From: Escherichia virus TH32
Sequence record: MT446405.1
Direction: 5' to 3' (one strand)
DNA: 64,000 bases
The stretch's first letter is position 1; each line of letters opens with the position of its first letter. The notes under the pieces were generated by a model that worked only from the letters and a program-made list of their open reading frames with translations, was not told where the DNA came from and did not search any database. A program made the translations under genes and the position numbers. Below are positions 27,582-36,784 of this stretch, in pieces.

Positions 27582-28118
27582 CTATATCTTAGGCATTAAT
27601 CCCTTTTCAGTTCTCCTTTTTATTTCTTCTTTTATCATTTTATTGGTGACTTTATAGCCAATCCTCTCCAATTCCAGCAGCACTTCGTTTTGGTATTTTT
27701 TTATCTTCACAATATCGACTGTATCCCTCCAATAAGAAAATACCTTCTGAATTACTGCTTCATCCATTTTATATCTTGCTGTCGTCCTGTATTTCGATTT
27801 GAAGATATAATTGATTGCATCAGTCTTTAACCATTCGCTTCTCAACTCAGGGTGATCATCCCAAAGAGCTATGGCAAACTCTTGCGGGCTTTTACATCTT
27901 TTTCTAAGCTCCTTTATGTAATCAGTTATGCTGGTTTTGTCACAAAAACGTTTGCGGCAAACTTTGCATTCTTCCTTGAGTAACCATTCAGCCTTATTAC
28001 TTTGCGACGCTGATTCATTATCCCTTCTGTACCTGCCGCATATACTTATTCCTTCATTATCCAAGAAGTAATGCAAGTCTTTAGAATACTTAGCTTTACG
28101 CCAAAAGCCGCCCATCAA
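27582..28118 (-). CDS. Hypothetical Cys-rich protein (178 aa)
   Basis: Last gene of the minus-strand early cluster; several Cys pairs (CKVCRKRFC, RKRCKSP). Confidence 0.45.
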   Translation of the reverse strand: MMGGFWRKAKYSKDLHYFLDNEGISICGRYRRDNESASQSNKAEWLLKEECKVCRKRFCDKTSITDYIKELRKRCKSPQEFAIALWDDHPELRSEWLKTDAINYIFKSKYRTTARYKMDEAVIQKVFSYWRDTVDIVKIKKYQNEVLLELERIGYKVTNKMIKEEIKRRTEKGLMPKI

Positions 28119-28558
28119 CCCTCCTTAACGACCCGATAAGCAATAATCTTTGCACCAGTCGGGCTTGTGACTTTATCCCATGTCAAACTATCCGAAGGAA
28201 CGGCCTCTTTTGATTTATAACCGTTGAGTAATTCAAACTCAACCATCTTCCCAGGCACCGGATTCGCGCCACCAAACCACACGGTCCACGCTTCCTCCTT
28301 CGGCGAATCCTTGCTACGGTTTATTGTTTCGCTGAAAAGTTTAACAACATCTTCAGCGGCTTTGATGCGCTCGCGGTATTGCTCAAGCTCTTCTGTTAAT
28401 GACTCATTAAGTTTAAGCAGCGCGGCATAGTCCTCATATTCAACGTAGCCGCCTTCATCATCCTTTACAACTTCGCAAGTGCAAGCGTGCTGTGTGCAAT
28501 AATCAACATCGTAACGTTGTATCATAAATAGTCTGCCTTCTTCGTTTCTTTTATGCAT
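28115..28558 (-). CDS. Hypothetical protein; shares a C-terminal domain with 29407..29916
   Basis: C-terminal GGANPVPGKMVEFELLNGYKSKEAVPSDSLTWDKVTSPTGAKIIAYRVVKEG aligns with the C-terminus of 29407..29916. Confidence 0.5.
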   Translation of the reverse strand: MHKRNEEGRLFMIQRYDVDYCTQHACTCEVVKDDEGGYVEYEDYAALLKLNESLTEELEQYRERIKAAEDVVKLFSETINRSKDSPKEEAWTVWFGGANPVPGKMVEFELLNGYKSKEAVPSDSLTWDKVTSPTGAKIIAYRVVKEG

Positions 28559-28851
28559 TTGATCACTTGGCTTAAATTGACATCTACCGAAATATCGCTA
28601 TACGTCATCTCTTCAATGTGTTGCTGTTCACATCTGATCGGGTTGTGCATTGAGCTAATCTCGTAGACGTTTATTTCGCCGACAACGGGTAATAAATATT
28701 TTCTTACCAAGCTGATCAATACGTCGTGAGTATCCTTGCCTTCTATTTCTGCTTTAAGATTATTCTCTTCACAAAAGTTCGCAATGATGTCACCGTCCAT
28801 GAATCCGAATTTGCTGGCTAAATCTCTAGCTCTTAGTTTAATTGTTTTCAT
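28522..28851 (-). CDS. Hypothetical protein
   Basis: 109-aa ORF in the operon. Confidence 0.4.
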   Translation of the reverse strand: MKTIKLRARDLASKFGFMDGDIIANFCEENNLKAEIEGKDTHDVLISLVRKYLLPVVGEINVYEISSMHNPIRCEQQHIEEMTYSDISVDVNLSQVIKCIKETKKADYL

Positions 28852-29069
28852 TTCAATTTCTCCAAAATGCGAATAGCCGTTTCCGTTTGCTTCTCAAGAG
28901 CAAGAAGCAGGATGTTGATTTGCATATCACGGTAGGCCAATTCTGCGGCGATGTCGGACTTGCTGTGAAGCCCTTCATGAGTCATGGCATGGATGTGGCG
29001 CGTATAATAGCCGCCCTCGTCGAGTTGCTCGATGTCACGTTGTCCGACTGCGTAGTATTTATTATTCAT
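28848..29069 (-). CDS. Hypothetical protein
   Basis: 73-aa ORF, 4-nt coupling overlaps on both sides. Confidence 0.4.
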   Translation of the reverse strand: MNNKYYAVGQRDIEQLDEGGYYTRHIHAMTHEGLHSKSDIAAELAYRDMQINILLLALEKQTETAIRILEKLK

Positions 29070-29407
29070 TTAACCTTCTCCAGATTGAATCTTGTTTCAG
29101 GAAAGCCCGCAACAAACATGTCACGGCCCTCGACATCACGCTTCACAAACCAACGCATTCCGCTGACTACCGTGAAGACAATTTGCCTTCCATCAATAAT
29201 AAGTCCTTTTGCCTCATAAAGCAAATAGGTCTGACCGACCTTGAAGCTTAACATATCCTTGCTTGCGCTGGTGCACTTGAGCCGCCACTTGGTGAGATTG
29301 GATTCGCTCGCCTCAATGTCAACAACCTTACCGCGCAGCGGCGATGTGCGCTGAATCTCTTTCATTTGCTCGTCGAACGTTAGCTCACGGCCTTCTTGCT
29401 CTTCCAT
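29066..29407 (-). CDS. Hypothetical protein
   Basis: 113-aa ORF; FKVGQTYLLYEA block resembles FKIGETYELFHG of 30328..30693. Confidence 0.4.
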   Translation of the reverse strand: MEEQEGRELTFDEQMKEIQRTSPLRGKVVDIEASESNLTKWRLKCTSASKDMLSFKVGQTYLLYEAKGLIIDGRQIVFTVVSGMRWFVKRDVEGRDMFVAGFPETRFNLEKVK

Positions 29408-29916
29408 TATTCCTCCACGACGCGATAAGCAATGATGTCTTCGCCAAAAGGTCTACCGACAATTTCCCATGTCATACTATCCGAAATTTTAGGCTTTCTT
29501 GATTCATAACCGTCTCGAAGCTTATACATAACTTTCTTACCTGGTACTGGATTCGAGTCGCTGCCGTCCCAATCAATCCAGCCGTCAGCAGTCTTTTGCT
29601 TATCCTTCAAATGCTCATGCTTCTCACCGATGTGGGCAATTGGCTGGTTGCTTTTGTAAAAGAATCCAAGCGCAACATCGTAGCACGGGTGGCTATGGGA
29701 AAGGCAAATGTCATCACACCAAAGCTCCATGGTGCGCGACTTAAGCGTCATGATGTTAGTATACCACTCGATGGTGTAGTGGTCGTTAAGGTTGCCAACG
29801 ATATAGAAGTTGCGACAAAAGTGCGCGGCGTCATCCGACTTCTCGCGATGCCAGCTTTTGATTGCGCCTGCCTTTACAGCCATTTCCAATACTGCTTCGA
29901 GTTGTTCGATTTTCAT
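29407..29916 (-). CDS. Hypothetical protein; paralog (C-terminal domain) of 28115..28558
   Basis: C-terminal GSDSNPVPGKKVMYKLRDGYESRKPKISDSMTWEIVGRPFGEDIIAYRVVEE. Confidence 0.5.
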   Translation of the reverse strand: MKIEQLEAVLEMAVKAGAIKSWHREKSDDAAHFCRNFYIVGNLNDHYTIEWYTNIMTLKSRTMELWCDDICLSHSHPCYDVALGFFYKSNQPIAHIGEKHEHLKDKQKTADGWIDWDGSDSNPVPGKKVMYKLRDGYESRKPKISDSMTWEIVGRPFGEDIIAYRVVEE

Positions 29917-30164
29917 TTCTTTACTCCGAGTTCAATTTGATAGCCGATTGACAATTCATTTTCGCCGATGTTGAATGCATCGACGGGTTGCGACATCACA
30001 GCCTTTAAATATACCTTCTTGCGTCGCTTCGCCTTGTACAAGCAACGGTCGCCGCTGCGGTTGTAGATGTTAAGCCAGGTGCGTTTACTAATCTTATAAG
30101 GCACATGCGGCTTGATGAATAACAAACGGGCTTTAAGATTGGATGTCATGGTTGTCTTCTCCAA
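29913..30164 (-). CDS. Hypothetical basic protein
   Basis: 83-aa ORF, coupled. Confidence 0.4.
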   Translation of the reverse strand: MEKTTMTSNLKARLLFIKPHVPYKISKRTWLNIYNRSGDRCLYKAKRRKKVYLKAVMSQPVDAFNIGENELSIGYQIELGVKK

Positions 30165-30331
30165 ACTGCGTGCAATGTTTTCTGGTCAAACTTGGAAAGC
30201 GTTTCACGCTCCGAAGCCTTAAGGAATCGCGTGCCAAAGAACAACATGCCTTGCGGCGTTTTAACTAGCGACACGCCTTTGTTTCGGTAAAAGCTTACCA
30301 GTACTGATGCGTTATGGACTTCGGTGCTCAT
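30146..30331 (-). CDS. Hypothetical small protein
   Basis: 61-aa ORF overlapping neighbours. Confidence 0.3.
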   Translation of the reverse strand: MSTEVHNASVLVSFYRNKGVSLVKTPQGMLFFGTRFLKASERETLSKFDQKTLHAVWRRQP

Positions 30332-30693
30332 AACTCACCCTCTTTAAATATGAAGCCGCTGATTATGGATTGGTAGTAAGTTACGCCTTGCAACTCTACC
30401 GCCTTGCAGCGATGAGCTTGGCCCTTGTATTCTATCCACCAAACCTCCAGGTCAGGCAAATTGTCGCGACGTGTCAGCCATCCATGAAACAACTCGTATG
30501 TCTCACCGATTTTGAACGGCTTAAACACGCCGTTATAAGATTCATTCAACGCTACGCAGACGACATCATGGCTGTCCATCCAAACGCAGTCATGAAATAA
30601 TCCGCTTCTGCCAAACCTTTCGTCGTAACTCATAATCAATTCTCCTTTGCTTGATGAATTAAGTATAATACAGACAGATAAAAAGGCAAGCAC
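30328..30693 (-). CDS. Hypothetical protein
   Basis: 121-aa ORF with AAGGAG RBS directly downstream of a terminator-promoter unit. Confidence 0.45.
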   Translation of the reverse strand: MLAFLSVCIILNSSSKGELIMSYDERFGRSGLFHDCVWMDSHDVVCVALNESYNGVFKPFKIGETYELFHGWLTRRDNLPDLEVWWIEYKGQAHRCKAVELQGVTYYQSIISGFIFKEGEL

Positions 30694-30703
30694 TTAGCTC
30701 ACC
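30677..30703 (-). terminator. Intrinsic terminator (stem with G-U pairs) followed by a promoter -10
   Basis: RNA sense GGUGAGC-UAAGU-GCUUGCC + UUUUU; next to TATTATACT -10; near-identical copy at 31939..31965. Confidence 0.5.
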
Positions 30704-30711
30704 TTTTTGAA

Positions 30712-30972
30712 TTAAATGTGATCGGCTTCTTCGTGTAGACCGACTGACCTTAACTTACGCCGCAAGTAAGCTTTCTTTTCGCACTCGCGCCCGGCTGGAG
30801 TGATGCGGTACTTTAATGTGTTCTCTCTATTCTTGCGTCGGTTGTTCTCGTCGAGTAGCTCTACCAGTGCCTTTGCGTCGTCGAGTGTTAACACCACGGG
30901 CCGCGACCCATTAACGGCCTGTCGAAGCTTCCGCGCGGCAAGGGCCAGTGGCGTCATCGGACCCTTATTCAA
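30712..30972 (-). CDS. Hypothetical basic protein
   Basis: 86-aa ORF. Confidence 0.4.
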   Translation of the reverse strand: MNKGPMTPLALAARKLRQAVNGSRPVVLTLDDAKALVELLDENNRRKNRENTLKYRITPAGRECEKKAYLRRKLRSVGLHEEADHI

Positions 30973-31361
30973 GCCAGCTCCTTATTCATCGGCGTGATAG
31001 ACAACACCTTCACTTCAGTGATGTCACGGTTGTATTCGCGCTTGATTTGTAGAATCTGAGATTGAATGCGCGCAATAAAGTGAGGCGTGATTCCTTCCTT
31101 AACGTTAATCCAGGCCGCAAGCTGAATTGAGTCGATGTCGCTTCTCATGCCTGTTGGGCGGTTAATGGTACTTGGTGCGCCGTTCGCGCCGTAAGCCAGT
31201 TGGAAATCATAAGCCGAATACTTGAACGCAACCAGAAACATGCGCTCTTCAAGTTGGCTTTCGCTTCTTGGATTCTTATCGCAACCAGACATGTGCTGCA
31301 CAAACTCTTCATGAGGAAGGTGCATGACGTCGTGGCAATAAGGGCAACGTTTCATTCTCAT
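30969..31361 (-). CDS. Zinc-binding protein (Cys/His cluster)
   Basis: Track ORF 30969..31442; start moved to the internal Met MRMKRCPYCHDVMHLPHEEFVQHMSGC to give ATGA coupling with the upstream gene. Confidence 0.4.
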   Translation of the reverse strand: MRMKRCPYCHDVMHLPHEEFVQHMSGCDKNPRSESQLEERMFLVAFKYSAYDFQLAYGANGAPSTINRPTGMRSDIDSIQLAAWINVKEGITPHFIARIQSQILQIKREYNRDITEVKVLSITPMNKELA

Positions 31362-31594
31362 TTTGCATACTCCATAGCATATTGCTGCAACTTGAATGCA
31401 GCCTTTTGTAATTGTTTGCGACGCTCGTTCAACACTTCCCATTCTTCTTTAGGGCAAGCTCGAGAGTCGGCCTTGTTTGTAATCTTGATTAATGATGAAT
31501 ATGTTTGTTGAAAACGAGACACCATGCGCAACTCATTGCGCTTATTGAATGACAACTTGCCCAGCGCGGCATTCATAATTGCACCTCGACACAC
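31358..31594 (-). CDS. Hypothetical protein
   Basis: 78-aa ORF. Confidence 0.4.
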   Translation of the reverse strand: MCRGAIMNAALGKLSFNKRNELRMVSRFQQTYSSLIKITNKADSRACPKEEWEVLNERRKQLQKAAFKLQQYAMEYAK

Positions 31595-31890
31595 GATTCA
31601 CTAGCCTCGAAGCTCCAGCCATCCAGACCGACTTCGCCGCAACAGCGCACCTTTGCCCATCCAGTCATGAGCCATTCGCGGTGCATCTCGAAATACGTTG
31701 GCCTTTCTGAATAACAATGAACAAGGCCGTTATTGTCAATGGCAACGTAACGCGTCCAAGGCGCAACTGGTACAACTACGTCGGGGTGGCCATCTGGCCA
31801 AGGCTTGATGTGTACAGCTGTGTTCAAGTCTACGTTTAACACGCTTCCTAACCGCTCGTCTTGTTCCTTGTCGATGCCTAAGTAAATCAT
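31573..31890 (-). CDS. Hypothetical protein
   Basis: 105-aa ORF with GTGAGGTGA RBS downstream of the second terminator-promoter unit. Confidence 0.45.
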   Translation of the reverse strand: MIYLGIDKEQDERLGSVLNVDLNTAVHIKPWPDGHPDVVVPVAPWTRYVAIDNNGLVHCYSERPTYFEMHREWLMTGWAKVRCCGEVGLDGWSFEASESCVEVQL

Positions 31891-31938
31891 AATTCACCTC
31901 ACTTGTTCGTCTTGATGAAAAGAGTATAAGTATTGATA

Positions 31939-31965
31939 AAAGAAAAGGCAAGCATTTAGCTCACC
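31939..31965 (-). terminator. Intrinsic terminator (second copy of the GGUGAGC/GCUUGCC unit)
   Basis: RNA sense GGUGAGC-UAAAU-GCUUGCC + UUUUCUUUU, followed by TTATACT. Confidence 0.5.
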
Positions 31966-31975
31966 TTTTTGATAT

Positions 31976-32308
31976 TCATTTTACATAGTGGAGTAGGTCA
32001 ATCTCTATCTCGTGCCTTGTCCTTGTTATCTTTGTATCACCCGTCCGGTGGGAGAATTGATAGAAGAAAGAGTCTTTGTGAGCACCTCGTTCAAACGTCA
32101 TGCTGGCAATTCTGCACCCGCATATTGCATCAAGCTTTGCTCCGTTAGACAAAAGGTTGAATGTCAATACAGTGTTATCCATCCTTGCGTTTTGTTTGAT
32201 GCAAGACTTTAAGAATGCATAAGAGTCAGCAAATAATGCGTGCCTTTTACAAATCTCTTTCACCTTCTCACGCTCATGCGCGGCGAGTATCTGATCACGG
32301 GTCATCAC
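31976..32308 (-). CDS. Hypothetical protein
   Basis: 110-aa ORF. Confidence 0.4.
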   Translation of the reverse strand: MMTRDQILAAHEREKVKEICKRHALFADSYAFLKSCIKQNARMDNTVLTFNLLSNGAKLDAICGCRIASMTFERGAHKDSFFYQFSHRTGDTKITRTRHEIEIDLLHYVK

Positions 32309-32544
32309 TGTACCTCTGTTATTCCGGTAATTCGAACGATGACTGTGTCATCCAAATTGAACTGCTGCCGCGCGACGCGTTTTATGTCGTCCTTAAGGTC
32401 CGCAATCAACTCCCTTGTTAACACTGTACGCTCTGAAACGTCATATTGAACGTCAAAGGTATACTCACCATAAAATACTGCGCCATTGGGGAGTTGCACG
32501 ACATAGAATGCCATATACATAGCATTTATATAATCTTCCATTAT
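32305..32544 (-). CDS. Hypothetical protein
   Basis: Track ORF 32305..32655; start moved to the internal Met (MEDYINAMY) to give ATGA coupling. Confidence 0.35.
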   Translation of the reverse strand: MMEDYINAMYMAFYVVQLPNGAVFYGEYTFDVQYDVSERTVLTRELIADLKDDIKRVARQQFNLDDTVIVRITGITEVQ

Positions 32545-32888
32545 ACATTCTCCACTGGTCGACGAATGAGTTTGCGTAATCCTTCGGGCCATACCTTCTT
32601 GATCACAGCTTTCGCTGGGCTGGATGAAAGCTTCTTCAGTTTCAATAGGACACATCCTTCATCATCGTTCGGTTGCACCTGGATAACGACTCGTGCTTGT
32701 CGGTCGATGACCATGACATCGCCAATGCGAATGTCTTTTACCAACACGCCCATCTCTTTCGTGCCGGATACGCCAATCACATGGTCGCATCGAACGCGCG
32801 GCGGTAGCAGCGTGCCACCGGAAGCCATCTCACGCACGCGCTTCTTAATTTCTGCGCCATACAACGTTTCATCTTTAACATGAGCCAT
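32541..32888 (-). CDS. Hypothetical protein
   Basis: 115-aa ORF. Confidence 0.4.
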   Translation of the reverse strand: MAHVKDETLYGAEIKKRVREMASGGTLLPPRVRCDHVIGVSGTKEMGVLVKDIRIGDVMVIDRQARVVIQVQPNDDEGCVLLKLKKLSSSPAKAVIKKVWPEGLRKLIRRPVENV

Positions 32889-33369
32889 GGTCGAGTACCT
32901 TATAAAGAGTGCAAGAAGGACTGTTGAATTCCCTTAATGCATAAGCCACGTTCAAGCTGCCAGGTTCTTTCTTTGCGTTTGTCACTTCCATGTATTGGCA
33001 GCCGTTTATGCTGTATCGTCTTACTACAACAGCATTGAAAATCTGACTGCCGTAATAGACGCAGACGATAACATCACCGACTTCTATTTTATCAGCCGGA
33101 ACAGGCTTAAGGCGCGGCTTTTTATCAACATAAGTCTTGATAGGAACTTGTACGCAACGAGATTGATGGTAAATAGGTCTTGTTGCACCCTTGACGTTGC
33201 GCTTCAGCAATTCATCAATGGCATAGTCAACATCATCACTTTCAAACTCCTTCATGATGAAGTCTCTTACCCTTACACGAAGGTTAACATCTGCTTCTGC
33301 ACGTCTCAATGCGTGCAGGATTTCTTCACACTCTTCTTTCTTTAACATTAAAGGGCGATGAATGATCAT
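32875..33369 (-). CDS. Hypothetical protein
   Basis: 164-aa ORF. Confidence 0.4.
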   Translation of the reverse strand: MIIHRPLMLKKEECEEILHALRRAEADVNLRVRVRDFIMKEFESDDVDYAIDELLKRNVKGATRPIYHQSRCVQVPIKTYVDKKPRLKPVPADKIEVGDVIVCVYYGSQIFNAVVVRRYSINGCQYMEVTNAKKEPGSLNVAYALREFNSPSCTLYKVLDHGSC

Positions 33370-33371
33370 AA

Positions 33372-33527
33372 TTAACCTCTGATTTGTGACACAAAACGTT
33401 TATAATGTTCTTTTGCTAAGACGCGTGCACGCTCTTTCGTGTGGCCGCTGGCTTCAAGTACGCGGCGAAGCTGCTTGATTGCGTCTGCCTTACTGATTTT
33501 GTTATCGCTAAACTGAAATTTATTCAT
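33372..33527 (-). CDS. Small basic protein (51 aa)
   Basis: MNKFQFSDNKISKADAIKQLRRVLEASGHTKERARVLAKEHYKRFVSQIRG; start overlaps the upstream stop (ATGA); below the track cut-off. Confidence 0.3.
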   Translation of the reverse strand: MNKFQFSDNKISKADAIKQLRRVLEASGHTKERARVLAKEHYKRFVSQIRG

Positions 33528-33745
33528 GCTTCACAAGCCGCCTTAATTTGACGTGGAGTAACGATGACCACTTCACCAACAAGTGACTTGTCATCTTCTT
33601 TTACCGTATCGATTCGAACGCGGTAGTGATTGCGACCGCGCGAATCAGTAAGGTGTTGATCCAGCTCAAGGATGGTGCCTGCGCGCATATTCTGTCCTGA
33701 CATCCAACGGATGCGGTCACCAGCCTTAAGAGTTTTCTTTCTCAT
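33524..33745 (-). CDS. Hypothetical protein
   Basis: Track ORF 33524..33910; start moved to the internal Met (MRKKTLKAGDRIRW) to avoid a 158-nt overlap. Confidence 0.35.
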   Translation of the reverse strand: MRKKTLKAGDRIRWMSGQNMRAGTILELDQHLTDSRGRNHYRVRIDTVKEDDKSLVGEVVIVTPRQIKAACEA

Positions 33746-33752
33746 CTTCAAC

Positions 33753-34031
33753 TCACTTATAGTATTTAAACATAGCCGCGCAAAAGTCTTGCATGGCATT
33801 CTTAATTTGCTTCTTGAACAACGGATCATGCATCGTCTCAACATTCGTCTTAATCCGAACGTGACCGATAACATCAAACGCAGTCGCTGGCATCGGCTCA
33901 TAGATTTCATGATCGTTCAAGATTATATCTAGCTTTGACTCAGAAATCACGGGATAATTCTTGCCAGCAGTAAATTGGTCATCAATAGATGATGTGCATT
34001 TGACAAAGAATACTTTGTATGTAGTAATCAT
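33753..34031 (-). CDS. Hypothetical protein
   Basis: 92-aa ORF; ATGA coupling with the upstream gene. Confidence 0.4.
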   Translation of the reverse strand: MITTYKVFFVKCTSSIDDQFTAGKNYPVISESKLDIILNDHEIYEPMPATAFDVIGHVRIKTNVETMHDPLFKKQIKNAMQDFCAAMFKYYK

Positions 34032-34237
34032 AGAGAATCCTTCGGGCCGCAGTAGCGCCCGTCCAGGTAGCGGTCGTATTGGATTAAAGCGAATGTTTTC
34101 AACGAAAGGTTACGGCGCTTAAACAGGTGACCCGTTGATGGATTCTGCTCGTGCGCCGTTGGATAAAGGCGTGAAAGGTAGTGAATGAGGACTTGTAAAG
34201 CCCTACGTTGATTTGTTATTCTCCCCTGTGTATTCAT
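34028..34237 (-). CDS. Hypothetical small protein
   Basis: 69-aa ORF, stop overlaps the next start; underlying DNA is unusually GC-rich with a ccttcggg tetraloop-like hairpin. Confidence 0.3.
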   Translation of the reverse strand: MNTQGRITNQRRALQVLIHYLSRLYPTAHEQNPSTGHLFKRRNLSLKTFALIQYDRYLDGRYCGPKDSL

Positions 34238-34427
34238 GGCTGAATCTACCCTCTGTCAATATCCGGTCATGGATGACTATACCAGTGCAGCGCAGGCGGT
34301 TGGCATTGCTTCGCGCCTCTGCTGCTTGATGAGGATTGAACAAGCCGAACAAACTAGCCTTAAAAGCAAACTGGTAATATTTGATTAAGGTGCTAAGTGC
34401 TAACTCAATCCTGTCTAAATTAATCAT
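34203..34427 (-). CDS. Hypothetical small protein
   Basis: 74-aa ORF with GAGGTG RBS. Confidence 0.4.
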   Translation of the reverse strand: MINLDRIELALSTLIKYYQFAFKASLFGLFNPHQAAEARSNANRLRCTGIVIHDRILTEGRFSHEYTGENNKST

Positions 34428-34466
34428 AATATCACCTCGTCAGAAAAGCAAATATTTTGATGATAA

Positions 34467-35114
34467 TTATCCTGTGGCCTGCATATTGCGTACATACTTC
34501 TGCTCTAATGAATAGATGAAGTCGGCGACAGTCAATCCCTTCGTGTGCCATTCATACATGGTGAAGCCTGTATTCAGGAAATAGCCGCGCACCTTGTCCA
34601 TCGCTTCAGCTTCCTCCATTGAAGCCATCAGCGCCGCGACATTGTCATAAGAAGGCACAAATCCCTTCTTGCGTAGCGCATTGCGCAAATCCTTAGTTCG
34701 GAATCCAATCTTGCAGGGGTCATCACGACCCGTGGATGATGCGACCTTTGGAAGAGCAAGGAACTCTTTAAGGAACATTGCAATGTTCAAGTCGCCTGCG
34801 TCATCAAGCTTCTGGATTCGGTTGCGACCGCGACCCTTGAATTCACTCGCACGAGGGTGAGAGCCAAAACAGTGCGCCCCTTCCAGTTTAGGGTCAATGA
34901 TCATTACATCTTTCCCAATGCGCAACTCTACGTAGTAAAGATAAGACTCATCGACAAGCTTTGTGCGCTTGCAAGTGATTGAGTCCTTATCATAACCAAA
35001 GCCACGCAACACGGTTGAAATCATCCGGTTCATTTCTTCGCCGTGAACATCACTTTCTTTGTTCAGTTCACCAAGATGTTGAAAGAATTTAGCGATGTTG
35101 ATTGCTTTATTCAT
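34467..35114 (-). CDS. Hypothetical protein (215 aa)
   Basis: Coupled (ATGA) to the primase-helicase gene. Confidence 0.45.
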   Translation of the reverse strand: MNKAINIAKFFQHLGELNKESDVHGEEMNRMISTVLRGFGYDKDSITCKRTKLVDESYLYYVELRIGKDVMIIDPKLEGAHCFGSHPRASEFKGRGRNRIQKLDDAGDLNIAMFLKEFLALPKVASSTGRDDPCKIGFRTKDLRNALRKKGFVPSYDNVAALMASMEEAEAMDKVRGYFLNTGFTMYEWHTKGLTVADFIYSLEQKYVRNMQATG

Positions 35115-36784
35115 CAGAATTCATCCTTATCTCTTCCCAAAGAACGTTTACGCTCAATAACCTTCTTCAAGAATTCAATATCTTCAGGGTCAGACTCATC
35201 GCGGATAAGATACGCTAAGATGGTCATCAAATCAGAAATGTATTCTCCTGCTTCATTCTTAATCAGCGGCGTAAAGTAACCGCGCTGGTTGCGATAGGTT
35301 GCAGGCTCAAAACCAAGCTTCGACATATGCGGCGCAAGGGTACGAGAGAAAGGCGACTTGCCGCACTTCGCTCTGAATCCCATAGCAATAGCACCACTGG
35401 TGATGTGCCAGCGTCCGCTGTGATGTCGGTCATAAGGCGCGGTGATGACGACTTCAACAAGGTCGTTGTCCACCATCTCATCACGAATAACGCCGCGCGC
35501 ACGTTCCATTTCGTTCTTACTAAACTCAGTAAGCATGCGAGATGTTTCACCAACAAACGCGTTGTAACCTGCTTCGCCGTGTTTTTCCATCCACGCAGCA
35601 CACTCAGCCATCAACTGCCAAACGTCTTCTTTCAAAGTGGAAAGGTCAGCTTGGAAATCTTTCGACCAGTTCGGTTGCCCGTCCTTGTCAGCGAGTTGGC
35701 CAACAAAGATAGGGTACACACGACGGTTGCCCGTGTCGTCACGCTGCATGCCTGCGTATTCGTTGCCGTCCATGATCGCAATCCACTGGCGTGGTTTAAC
35801 CTGAGTATCTTCAAATTTGAAGTCCAGGTCATCTTCCGTCTTAGTCAGGAATGCTTTCATGTTTTCGATGTCGGCCTTTTTAAAGCCTGTCATCTCGCCA
35901 ACGTTCGCGATAATTGAGCGACCCGTAATAGCTCGCAAGAACGGGTTGAAGTTCTGCGCGGCTAAGTTCAACGGAATCGGTGTTGCGTGGCGGTCGTTCA
36001 TAATAGCTTCGCAAAGCAGCTTGCTAAAATAACTTTTCCCTGCGTTCTGGCCGCCGATGAGCGCGATAGAAATTGGCGCTTGACAGCCAGGGTTGGTCAG
36101 GCGGTTATAGAGCGATAGCCAAAAATACACACCGATTTGTCGGTTTAACTCTGTATCGAACGGTCGGAATAGCTCGATAAGGTATTTCTCGATGCGCGCA
36201 GTACCGTCCCATTCAGGCAGCTTCTTGTAGAAGAAGTCCATCAGGTCGTCGCGCTGATAACGCATGGCCCATTCCTTATAGGATTGAGCGACCTGACGTG
36301 AGTTTGGGTTAGACAGCCCTGCTGCGTCGACAGCGGCAACTATCTCTGTGACTTCCAAGGTACGGTCAGTGAATGTTTCGCCGCGATGGTCGACTAAGCG
36401 CCCACGAAAAGTATCTTTGTGAGGGAATGGAACAATGCCACTTCCCTTATCAAACAACGCGTCGAAAACCGCATAACGGTTCATGTCACTCGTCCGGTCT
36501 GCCTGTAGAACGAAGTCATCTTTGGTAGGCTTGTAGTGAGGGAACTTGATTACCTGAAGTGAGGCGAGCAAGCGTGCTCTTTCAACCAAGTCTTCTTCAC
36601 CGTAGCATTCCATGCGCTCTGAATCTTTTTCAACAGCTTTATGTTGAAGGCTGATTTTAGCTCTGGTGCCTTGCTGCTCTGCTGCCTGCATTTCTTCCGA
36701 AACGCCTGCATCTTGAATTTCGTCAAAGATTGCACCAAATTCATCACCTGTATCCTCTGGAAGATTGTCATTATTAATTGACAT
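35114..36784 (-). CDS. Primase-helicase, SF3 type (P4/D5-like C-terminal ATPase)
   Basis: 556 aa; Walker A IALIGGQNAGKSYF in the C-terminal half with an N-terminal domain of primase-associated size. Confidence 0.6.
   Translation of the reverse strand: MSINNDNLPEDTGDEFGAIFDEIQDAGVSEEMQAAEQQGTRAKISLQHKAVEKDSERMECYGEEDLVERARLLASLQVIKFPHYKPTKDDFVLQADRTSDMNRYAVFDALFDKGSGIVPFPHKDTFRGRLVDHRGETFTDRTLEVTEIVAAVDAAGLSNPNSRQVAQSYKEWAMRYQRDDLMDFFYKKLPEWDGTARIEKYLIELFRPFDTELNRQIGVYFWLSLYNRLTNPGCQAPISIALIGGQNAGKSYFSKLLCEAIMNDRHATPIPLNLAAQNFNPFLRAITGRSIIANVGEMTGFKKADIENMKAFLTKTEDDLDFKFEDTQVKPRQWIAIMDGNEYAGMQRDDTGNRRVYPIFVGQLADKDGQPNWSKDFQADLSTLKEDVWQLMAECAAWMEKHGEAGYNAFVGETSRMLTEFSKNEMERARGVIRDEMVDNDLVEVVITAPYDRHHSGRWHITSGAIAMGFRAKCGKSPFSRTLAPHMSKLGFEPATYRNQRGYFTPLIKNEAGEYISDLMTILAYLIRDESDPEDIEFLKKVIERKRSLGRDKDEF

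Noticed and set aside
34028-34466. Group I intron or structured RNA in the GC-rich segment containing a ccttcggg tetraloop-like hairpin
   Set aside because: Two small ORFs with RBSs and ATGA coupling account for the region, and no interrupted flanking gene was found. Structured RNA is not excluded but is unsupported.
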